A stretch of DNA of 61,557 bases, the filler included. It is 4 parts of 4 records of this genome, joined end to end, with 100 filler letters (N's around TTAATTAATTAA, not from the genome) between each part and the next. Parts side by side here need not be neighbours in the genome. Positions count along the whole stretch, not along the records: positions 1 to 16,577 come from DRR378314_616; positions 16,678 to 38,890 come from DRR378314_618; 2 more parts are not named here. One strand, given 5' to 3'. Positions 12,701 through 22,800 of this stretch are shown one piece after another. A program made the position numbers and the translations under genes. The first letter of the stretch is position 1, and each line of letters starts with the position of its first letter. The notes under the pieces are model-generated. The model was given only the letters and a program-made list of their open reading frames with translations, was not told the DNA's origin and did no database searches.

Positions 12701-14387
12701 TAAGATGTTGGATGCGGCGCTCGTGTCGATCACCCATCTCTTGCAGCTGCCGTGCATATGCTTCAACCTGCGAGCGGTTGCTGGCTGCCTGATCAGCAAC
12801 GGTGGACACTGTAGCCTGCATATCCTTGCGAAGCGAATCTACGTGGCGTTCTATTTGAACCGTGCTCTGCCGTGAATACTCCACCAATTTTTCATCCATT
12901 GTTTTCTGCATGGATAGTATCGTGCTCTCCAAAATTTCAATTTGAGAATTCGCTCGACGGATGGAATCTGTGGAAGATTCCGTAGTCTCTAGCGTGTGAA
13001 CAACCGATGGCTGTCCGTCGGCCGCTGCTGTGCGAAGCTTCAAGAGAACTGCCTCTGCTTCGCCAAGAAGATCCTGAAGCTCCCGAACGGTAGATCGCGC
13101 CGCGACCGCTGCTCTTTCGGCATCACGTTCTGCCTTGCGTGAAGAGGTCAACTGATCGCGGCGCTTTGCAGGTGACATTGAATACACACCATGATTCACA
13201 TTGCTGGAAGAATCCTGTTTTCCATGTTGCTGCGCGCTAGCGCGCTCTGCGGAAGATACATCTGCAGCAAGACTGCTGTCGCGTTCCGGCTCCTCGCTCT
13301 CCCGGTCGTTCACAGTAATATTACTTTCTCTGCGGGCGATAAAAAGCGTACTTTTTGATTCATCTGATCCATTTTCCGTAGTTCTGGACTCGCGTTGCGC
13401 TTGCGCTACACTGCGTTCTTTGTCACGCTCGAGCTCGTCCGCTGCAATCTTGAGGTATTTGATGTCGCACGGATGGTCCCAGGAGCTCTCGCCAGTTTTG
13501 AAGTTGAAGAAGTATACATCTCCATTAGGAGCTTCGCTGAAATATACCACACGCCACGCACCAAAGATCGCATTGATCGTCATCCATTCACGTACGCATT
13601 CATGCTGTTCACGCTAGTCTACTTTGGGCTGCATGGGAAACAATCGTCTTCTGTCATCAATCTGATTGGGCATCCCGCGTTCACATCGATTGGCCGAGAA
13701 TACGTGTATTCATTCCGATCTTTTGGACGTGTCAGCCACAAAACCCCAGTAGCTAAAAACCGTTATCCGTGTGCAAGAGTGGCTTCAATCCAAACGAGCG
13801 GAAAGTGTGCATTGTTTGGCAGCACCACGGATGCTGCACAAACGCACCACTGGCGCCATTCTTCAGGGAGAGGAGCCTTGATGGCCTCTCGCGCGATCCA
13901 CAAAAGATTGGCATTCTGGATGGGGTCAAGCCCAAGAAACTTTGCATAGTCATGTATCTCTACATAATACATTATTAAAATAGTACGAATTTAGTTCTTG
14001 GGCTTTGCACGGATGTTGACGGGGGCCAGATACCTGCACACGCCTGTGAGGAATGCGACGCTCTGTCTCTGCTCCAACTACGCCTGTGCTCAGCGGCTTG
14101 CAAGTATGTTCTCTGACGCATGCATTTCGGTGAAGAAATAGAAAACACAACGCTTCATACCGAGTACATGGTTAACCCTATCGCAAACGAAGTTGCGTTT
14201 GGTATATATTCTGCATCATGACTTATTTCGTCTGCCACCATTAGCTCTGGATGGCGGTGCGGTGCATTCTATCACGCGACAAGCCTCTGTCCGCCTTGCT
14301 GCCTTCAAGACGCGTACCTTCTTCAGTGGGCTCGAAGTCGTCTGCCACTAAGTCGTCAAGCACTATCTTTTGCACCTCTGCTTCCAT
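9758..14387 (-). CDS. CEP164: CEP164-like centriolar distal-appendage protein (WW domain plus coiled coils), multi-exon
   Basis: The spliced N-terminus MEAEVQKIVLDDLVADDFEPTEE|EIHDYAKFLGLDPIQNANLLWIAREAIKAPLPEEWRQ|CEAPNGDVYFFNFKTGESSWDHPCD matches the CEP164 N-terminal helical plus WW signature. Long coiled-coil exons follow (13537-12446, ~11270-9758). Confidence 0.85.
12116..12144. repeat. Short tandem repeat (ACGGCTGG)x3.6 in a CEP164 intron
   Basis: acggctgg acggctgg acggctgg acggc. Confidence 0.8.
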
Positions 14388-16550
14388 AGTGTTCTGATGA
14401 TGCTTTTGTCGACCTTGTTGCTGAGCTATCGTTTCTAAGCTCGCACGATGACTGCGCGTCTATAGAAACAAGTATGCCTGTCGGCCTTGCAGCAGGTCTC
14501 CCGAGCACGTCTATCACGGGCGCAGGAGGGCGAGTGAGCCGGCAGAGAGCGCACGCCTTGTAGCCCTACTGCCACACTACGCTAGGTGAAGGAGCACGCT
14601 GTGCTGACCAGGGAGCCACGCGCGGGCAAAGGCAATCACGCAAGTTCCACAGACCAAGGGTGAAGGTGCTTATTCCCCCAAACTCTCACTCGTGGCCCCG
14701 AGAGCGGTCGTGCGGCGCCCTCATCCTGCGTATTCTGCTTCGAAAGAAATTTCGCGTGCGCCACGGGTGTACAGTGCTACTATTCAAAAACTGGAAACTG
14801 TTTCTTTTCGATCCGCTCCTCCCACACCGCGCGGTGCATAGTGGAGTAGTCTTTGCTTGAATAGAGTGATAGCGCGTTGAACGTGTGAGGTAAGTCTCCG
14901 ATGTGCTCCGCTTGTGGGGGGTTGGCGGATGCTTGAGAGTGCTGTATTGCAGCACATGGCGCGCAGTAAGGCTACTGTGCGCCGCGAGTACCCACTCGAG
15001 CTATCTCGTCCTGTTAAGCTGCAGTGGACCAGCTGCGAGGAGTACGAAGGCAGAGAAGTAGATGCACAGAAAACATAAAGGTTACCACGGACATATCTCC
15101 AACCAGACTTCGTCAAGGAAGTGAAGGCGCGGTATTGCAGGGAAATTCCGGTGGTGCTGTCGGCAGGCGAATCGGCTAGTCAGCATGTACCCGATTTTTT
15201 GCGGTGTCATATGCACTTCGCGCGCGTCATTTGTGCACAGGCTGACGCACTGGTGCGCTCAGTATGTCGCGATCGGCAGGTCTCACCTCGAAAGCACAGC
15301 TCTTCTGTCGGTTTCGTGAAGGCAGTTGCACTTTTGAGCAACTACCAATACTTTTTCTAATTGGCACCCACAATTTCACTGTATGCCACAAGGAAACCAC
15401 AAGGATACACGCTTGACTGACATTACCTTGGGTGTGCGCACGGATCCCGAGTGTGCACAATCCTTGTGTTGGACTACACCACTGGCGTGCAGAGGACTTT
15501 TGCAGCCGCAGGAAGGGGCAGCCCCTGCAATTTTTGTGAGCACGCACACACCCTCCGCACATGTTCGATATGACAGTCGTGAACCATGATTTTTATCGCA
15601 TCGTATCATGAATTTCTTTAGTGCATAGTTATTTACCAATGATTGGTCACGAATAAGGGTGTTCCCGCTTTATATCGCTTGCGAATCATGCTTTGGCGGA
15701 GCGCCCAAGTCAATGTGTCCAACAGTTGGCGGGGTTAGCGAGGATACGCGCTGCGCTCCCCTCCCACTCAAGCTATTGATTGCGTGCGTTGAGGAGAGTC
15801 GAAAAGGGACTCACCAGAGATATATTTCCATATATGATACCATGATACGCTACATTGGTGTCAGCCTTACGGGCGGCGGCATGAAGGGGTAGATCTTTGG
15901 GGAAGTATGTCCCTGCGCTACGCAGAAGAGGGATGTGCGCAATGCTTTCCGTCGCGAGTGTCGCAGTGTGCAGTGCGCACGTAGCGCGTTGGTGCTCCTT
16001 CGTTCTGTTGCCCATTCTTTGCCTCTGTACAAAGCAGTATTTTGGACGATTTGCCACCTGTATACTTCATCTTTATATTGTAGAAAGTAAAGGTGAGGCA
16101 TTCAGGTAACGATCGCGAAGAACGAACTCATGGCTCGCAAACGCGAATTCGTAACGGCGCGTTCCATCTGAGGTGCGAGCGTCTGCGCAAATAGGTGCGA
16201 CGAAACACGAGACATTGGCACAACCACTCGTGGTATGCTCTACTTCATGATGCGACGCTCATGTGCATTAGAATGAGAATAAACAATCGCGCACTAGATA
16301 TGACATCTCGCTCATATGAGCATGCGCTGCACCAATCCAAAGTTGGTGGGGTTGGATTGCGTCACGAGAGCAGAAACAAGCGCAAGGGAGAGCAAGCGCT
16401 TGTGCTCTGTTTGCGCTCGGCCACTTCGTCCCTGCGCGACGTCGTACGCAACGACCGAGAGGCTCCGTACCAAGTCCGTTAATACAGATGCTATCTACTT
16501 AAGATTTTCTCCAAATTTGTACATAGATGGCAATGTGTTCGCGTATAGTG

Positions 16551-16577
16551 GAGAGAGAGAGAGAGAGAGAGAGAGAG
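16551..16577. repeat. (GA)n microsatellite at contig end
   Basis: GA run abutting the N spacer. Confidence 0.95.
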
Positions 16578-16677
16578 NNNNNNNNNNNNNNNNNNNNNNN
16601 NNNNNNNNNNNNNNNNNNNNNTTAATTAATTAANNNNNNNNNNNNNNNNNNNNNNNNNNNNNNNNNNNNNNNNNNNN
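16578..16677. other. Artificial contig spacer
   Basis: N44-TTAATTAATTAA-N44; the 12-mer gives stop codons in all six frames. Confidence 0.97.
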
Positions 16678-16707
16678 ATGGCGATGGCGATGGCGATGGC
16701 GATGGCG
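16678..16707. repeat. (ATGGCG)5 hexamer repeat at contig start
   Basis: Five perfect copies; the minus strand reads CGCCAT = Arg-His in the frame of the adjacent exon. Confidence 0.9.
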
Positions 16708-18971
16708 GCGCCCCTCTGTGCTACCCTCGCCGCGTTCTTCGCTGTTGTGCGAGTGGCGATGAGTACTGTCATCCTTGTCACCATGTTTCCCACTTCGTCG
16801 GTGTTTCTCATGTGCACTTCGATGATGACGCTTGTCTTTTTCCTGGTCAGTCGCTTTTCTTTCTCCGCCTTCCTGCTCGCTGCGTGTGGAATCACGCTTC
16901 TCGCGTCGTCGCCGTCTGGCTTCTCGTTTCGCATCTTCATTTGCTTCCTAAAAGGGATGCAGCGGACACAATCATACGGAGTATTATTTTTTTTTTCAGG
17001 GAGGTTCGCATCTACAGCGCAGCAAGAAGTGAAAACAAAACAGAGATTCTATGGAGTATCTCCCACTTCCAAAGTTCTCTGTGGCCAACAGGGCCGGAGT
17101 GTTGGTTGCATTGTTCGTCGTTGGGCCGGAGGACATCGCAGGGCACGCTTACCTCGTTTCCGCCAAATTCGATTGCGACCTCGGCTTTTGTTCCACTCAG
17201 CCGCACTGCGTCCATCACAGATTCGCGTAGCAGTGCGGTTCCTCCATCGAGGTGCACAGTTAGCCCTTTGAGACGGCGAATTCCGGCAACGCCAGCGCAG
17301 AGCGCGGCGGCGGCGGAGGGCTCGACGTCGTGAACATTGCCGTCAATCTCTATCTGCTCAAGCCTTGGGTGGGCGTCGAGCGCCTTAAGAATTAGCCCAA
17401 CAATGATTGTGCCGGCATTTGTCAGACAAAGCGCCAGAGTCCGTAGGCGTGGGTGCGCGCGCGCTGCGTCGGCAATCAATGCTGCGCCGCGCCCGAGCGG
17501 ATTCTCGGCCACGCGAAGCTTTTCCAGCGACCTGTTCTTGAGCAGCCCGTCGGCGAGCGAGTGGGCGCCTTCGGCGGTAATAAGGTTGGCCGATAGGTCC
17601 AAGGAGCGCAGCGTCACTGTGCTTGCGAGTGCTGCGCCCAGCGCCGCGCAGCCGTTGGCGGCAATGCTGTTTGCTCCGAGATCCAGTGTTTGTATGGTGT
17701 GGTTTGCTGCCAGCGCTTCCGCAATCGCCGTTGCACCGCGGCTGCCGAGCGCGCACGCACGAAGGTGAAGGTGCACAATGACAGCATTGTTCCGCACGAG
17801 AGTGGCAATGGACGGTGCACCTTTCTCTCCGACGGCGTTTTCCGAAAGATCCAGGAGAAAGATCCCCCTGTTCCCCTCCAGCCCATGGACGAGCTGCGCG
17901 ACGCCATGCGCAGAAATACTGATGCTGCGCAACTCGAGCTGCTCCAGTGCATCGTTCACGTCGAGCTTACTTCCCAGCCGCGCAATTCCCTCGTTGCCCA
18001 GTTCATTGTACGACAGCACCAGCCTGGTCAAGACGCGATTTGTGCGCAGGAATTCAGCCAGTTCTCGCGCTGCACCAGCTCCACAGCCGTTTCCGGAAAG
18101 ATCCAAGTCTCGCAGTACCGTCGGAATCCGGAAAAGCTCGCGCCTTGTTATGAATAGAGCGACTTTCTGCGCTCACAGAGAAAAACCGTAGCGCCCCAAA
18201 CGACGGCATACCACGGACATGGTAGTCAACGTCAGCTCGCCACATCGGAATTGACAAAGGCCGAGCCAGTAGGCAATAGGGAGAGGGGCCGCGAAGTGCG
18301 ATTCGTCAAATCTACTTCTTCTTTGATTACTTGTGTGCGAATGCGCCGCGGTAAACGACGAGGCGAGGGACGTGCGGGTGCGCTCCAGCAGCGTGGGCAC
18401 GCTAGCGCAGCTAGGCTTGCCAAGCCACTTCCCAAAGCGCGTAGCCAGCGCGTCGCGCTCGCGATCGGTGCAAGAAACTGAAGGGAAAGAACTACAGTTG
18501 CGCATAATGTTCATAAATCTATATCTTTCTCTCATTTGACGTGAAAGTTACGGATTGGACGGCCCGCCAAAGGTGAGAAGAAGGAAGGTTCAAGCCCGGC
18601 ACACACCACACGGCAAGTGGGAGTCTCGTTGTGCGCACACACTGTCGCAGCGCCGTCCTGCACCAGCAGCAAAGCAGCGTGTTGCATTCGCATCTTCGCC
18701 GCAAATGGTGCACATCCCGACACACCTATGGAAATTTAGTGGCTACAGCTGCATGTCCAGAGGCGAATCACAACCGGGTGTCATGGGCGCATAGCTACAC
18801 ATGAGGCTGCCGTCGGGGCGTCTTCGCGCACTACGTCGCAACGGACCGCAACACCTTCGTCGCCCAGGCGGAGCGCTGACGCGTCGATCACAGGATTCGA
18901 GTTCAGCTCAATAAGCGCAAGAATGTCGGCAAGATCTTTCGCACGAGAATGCGGCAAAACAGCTCCAGTTT
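16678..18971 (-). CDS. RNI/NLRC3-type leucine-rich repeat protein with charged C-terminal tail; 5' exon unresolved, 3' end lost in the gap
   Basis: Exons 18971-18847, 18166-17153 and 16947-16678 splice in phase. They encode many ~28-aa repeats (LDLSGNGCGAGAARELAEFL, LVLSYNELGNEG, LDLSENAVGEKG, LDLGANSIAANG, LDLSANLITAEG), then EANEDAKREARRRRREK..RHRHRH. Confidence 0.85.
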
Positions 18972-19865
18972 CTGAATATTCCGTACCGCATTGCATGGGC
19001 GATTGCCAAGGGGAAGGGCAAGCCCAAAGCGACGAGGCGAGAGATTGGCGCGCGTCTCCTGGAGCGGCGCGCGTTGCGCTGTGGCCGGCGCAGCAACGCT
19101 GGCCGTTGTTTCTGACAACGGCAGGCGAGCCGGGTCATGCCGCCAGGGTTGTTCAACTCAGCATCCAAAGAAAAAAATGGCAGTGCATAATCTACAATGA
19201 CACGTCATGGTGTACTCAATGTGTTGAACTCTCGCCACGGCGCACGCATAAGCGCCACATTGTCGCCTCTGCCCTGCAGTGCACTCCGCACGCAACGTAC
19301 CGGGAAACGCAATGCGCTCTGCACGCGTCGCCATGGCAGTGTGCCAAACGAAGCGCACAGCAAGGGTCTGCTGCAGCGCCCACAAGAGCGTCCTGGTCCC
19401 TGTGCAAGGTAGAAGGGCCGCTTCTACGGTTGTCAAGCTATGTACTGTGGTTGCACAGAGTAGGAAGGAAACTCCCTTCGTTGGGTGGGGCGCTCTCACG
19501 TGCTGCTTGCCTCGCCTGCGACGCAAGCCGTGGAAGTCGTCGGTTACGCGCCGACTGCAACACACTACGGAATTCTGGGAGTAAGGGTTGCGCGCCATCT
19601 GAAACCCACCCCCCGGGTTGCGTGGGTTACGCAAATAGGTTGCGAAAGATTACTGTGGAAAACCGATGCACAAGGGGAAGGTGTAACCCCGCACTGCCAA
19701 ACGACACACGTACGCTGACAGTCACTGTCCGCCAACCTGTGTGCATCCGCGGGCGGCAGGTACAGATTTCTTCGAGTCCTTGTCTCGGTCGAGTTCTGTG
19801 CTGTCCCCTCCTTTTCTCCTTCTTCATCGACGTGCTTTCTCGTCGCCGATAAGAAGATTGTCAGA

Positions 19866-22800
19866 ATGCGTGTATCTGGAATCGCCACCGTTGCCATCCT
19901 TCTCTCGGTCAGCGCTTGCGCGCTGGCTGGAACGAAATGGGCCGTGCTTGTTGCGGGAAGGTGAGTCCTCGCTGCCGCTGCGCGCGCGACCCGGTCGCCT
20001 CACGCCACCGGCGGCGTTCGACAGTGCTGTGAGTGTCTCATTCCTTTTCCGCTGCGATTTCCTCGACAAAGGCAGATTTTATCATCTCCACTCGAATTTC
20101 AACTGCATATCAGCATTTGTCTCTACTAGCTCTGCCGCGATGCCCTTTGGCTGTGAGTGGATGCTGCGCGGAACGTGCGGCTGTTCTGCATGGGACTTTG
20201 CCGGCCTGACGATCCGTCTGCGTTGGCGATATCCGCATTCCCGTACTCTGTCCCTTGACCGCGTGGTCGCGGTTCAGGCGATTTGTACAGCGCGCCCCGA
20301 GAAGGCTTCGCATGGCCGAATACTCTGGTCGGCATGCTTGGTATCTATATTTTTGTCGCTGTATGTGCGGAGTCCACTTCGTCGCTCCACGGCTGCTTTG
20401 TCTGACCGTTTTGTGCGCGTCCCTTGCGGTGTTGCTCTGCCCTGGCGCGCGCGCACCTGGTGTTGCCTGCATGTAGCAACGGGTACATGAACTACCGTCA
20501 CCAGGCGGACATCTACCACTGTACGTTAGGCGCTTGGTGGTATCCTGGGGAGGCGCTTGGTGTTCAGCGAATTTTTGAGTGCTTGAAATTTGTGTACTCT
20601 CTCGTAAGCTGCTTGAATGCGCGCGCATGGCACGGTTGCTGCGCGCGCGGGGCGGCGCACGTGACGGAGGAGCCGCGTGCGGCCGCCGAGGGCGGGCCGC
20701 CGGCAAGGGCCCCCTGCAGCCCGACGGCGCACGCGGAGCGCGCGGCTCACTCGCGTGCGGTATTCCCCTGTGCTGTGGTTTCTGTGTGCAGCGTACCAGC
20801 TCCTCCGCCGCAATGGATTCCCCGACTCGAACATTGTGCTCATGCATTACAACGACAGTACGTTGGCGGAAAGCTCGATTGCGCGGCAAGCGCGCAGCGA
20901 GGTGGCGGGCGCGGTACGAGTTAGCTTGTCCGCGTGCGCAGCTGCGTTGCATGGGAAGTGCGTGCTCAGCGACGTCGCGCCCGTGCAGCGGCTGTGAGCA
21001 ACCTGCGAGCACCATTCGCCGATAGATTGCGTTGCGGGTTCGCTGCCTTGTTAACATCGCAAAAAATATTGTGTGCTGCGTGTTTTGTGTACGTAGTTGG
21101 CGTGGTTATGGTTGTGGAATTAGTTTTAGGGAGGTGTTGCTACCGCAACCTTGGGCGCATTGTGGTGATGTTGCCGTCGGCTGTGGCCTGTCTGTTTTTC
21201 CTGCGCGCAAGAAAGTGTGGCTCTCCGTTTGCGTTTGCTGTTTCGTTGCGATTTGAATGGAAGCTGTAACGCGTAGCGTAAGGCTTTTCGTTGACATGTT
21301 TCAGTGCTCTTCTGCTGGGCCGCCTGTGCGCACACGTTTTGCAGTCGCGAACAACCGCGAGAACCCGAAGCAGGGCCAGGTTTTCAACAACCCGGACCTC
21401 AAGGTGAACTACTTTGAGAACATCCCGCTCGACTACACCGGAAGCGCCGTCTCGCCGAGCAACTTCCTTGCCAGTGCGTTGGACATCGTTCTTTTGTTCC
21501 CCTAAGATTCCCTGGATGCTATACGCGAGTTGATGCTGTGTTGCATGTGTCAGATAGCGGTTTGTGCCAACGTTGGTGCTTTGTACTTCGATTGTCCGAG
21601 GACAATGTTTGGCCGCGCACTTCCGCCCGATGCGCTATTCTCATGGTTCAACGCGCGATACGGCCACTGGAGCTCATGTGGCGAGCGCTACGCACGTGCA
21701 CCTGCCAAGGTGGAGCCCATTTCCTGTGCCAAAAGCTCCGATGAGCGGAAGCGCTCCTCTGCGGTTTCCGCGGGCCGCTCGGTGCACGCTATGTACTACG
21801 GCGAACTCGCGTTGATGCGATAGGTCCGGGCTCCCTAATCTCGCACTGCAATCTGCGAACGAAAAAAATCTGCAAGGGACCCGCATGTTGATCTTTGCGC
21901 GTGATGTTGCCTTTTTTAAATTCCGTCGTGCGTCGCACTGTCGGCAGTTCTCCTTGGCGACAAGAGCAAGGTCAAGGGCGGCAGCGGCAAGGTTATCTCG
22001 CCGACGAAGGACGACCACGTGTTTGTGTACTTTGCCGATCACGGTGGTACTGGACTCATTGCGTTCCCCGAGGGCCAGGTACGCAACGAATGGCGCGTTT
22101 GCAGCCTCCCGAGAAGCGCCGCGTCCTCTTGTGGTCGATGCGGGAGCCAGGGAACGTGCAGGGGGCTACTGGGATTGGTGCATCTAACACGATAAAGTCA
22201 GGTAAAAGCGGAAGCGCATGGGCATTTTTGGGTTTGTCTACTTCTGGCCTGCATACCTGGCGTATAGTGCGCTAGGGGCCTGAAAATGGCCACGATGTGT
22301 GCACTGGACCTGGACATATCTGAGTATGCTTGGTCCGATCTGTGCTGCGCTTCCCCGTTGCTGCTCGTCTGTAGCCGTACTTGTACGCGGACGACCTTGT
22401 GAAGACGCTCGAACAGATGAAATTCAAGCAGATGACTGTCTACATTGAAGGCAAGTGTTGGTTGCGGTTGTGCAAGTCCGACAGTCGTTGTACGGTACTC
22501 GTGGTACTTGCAGACGATATTCCTTCCAGCGATGCAATCTATTGTTATTATTGTTATTATTGTCTGCGCAGTATCCTCTTTGCGTGCTTCGTAGTCGCGC
22601 TGCGCCCCCGGTCGCTCGGTTTGTACCGTTGCAAAGCGTGTATGTGCGGGACAGGGCCCTCTGTGGTGTTTAGATCTCGGTTACTCACGCTTGATGTGCC
22701 AGCGAGCGGCTGGGGCTTGGTCTTGTAGAAGTGTCGTTTGTGAATCGCTTGCAAATCGAGATGCTCATGCGGCTATGGCGTTTTTGGTGCTTTCTGCGTG

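Noticed and set aside
14956..15360. Open frame interrupted by a single TAA (15076-15078), suggesting stop readthrough or an alternative genetic code
   Set aside because: No recognisable homology. Resolved genes end in TAA, TAG and TGA, and the conserved exons I spliced contain no in-frame stops.
16622..16633. TTAATTAATTAA palindrome recurring three times (also 38935-38946 and 55038-55049)
   Set aside because: Always centred in exactly 100 bp with N44 flanks, so it is a synthetic six-frame-stop linker, not a biological repeat or piggyBac TTAA site.
16678..17271. Plus-strand ORF MAMAMAMA.. with hydrophobic translation
   Set aside because: Starts in the microsatellite and is the reverse complement of the charged LRR tail exon.
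18540..18615. GGTTCAAGCCC T-loop-like motif (possible tRNA)
   Set aside because: No acceptor, D or anticodon stems could be formed; it lies in an LRR intron.
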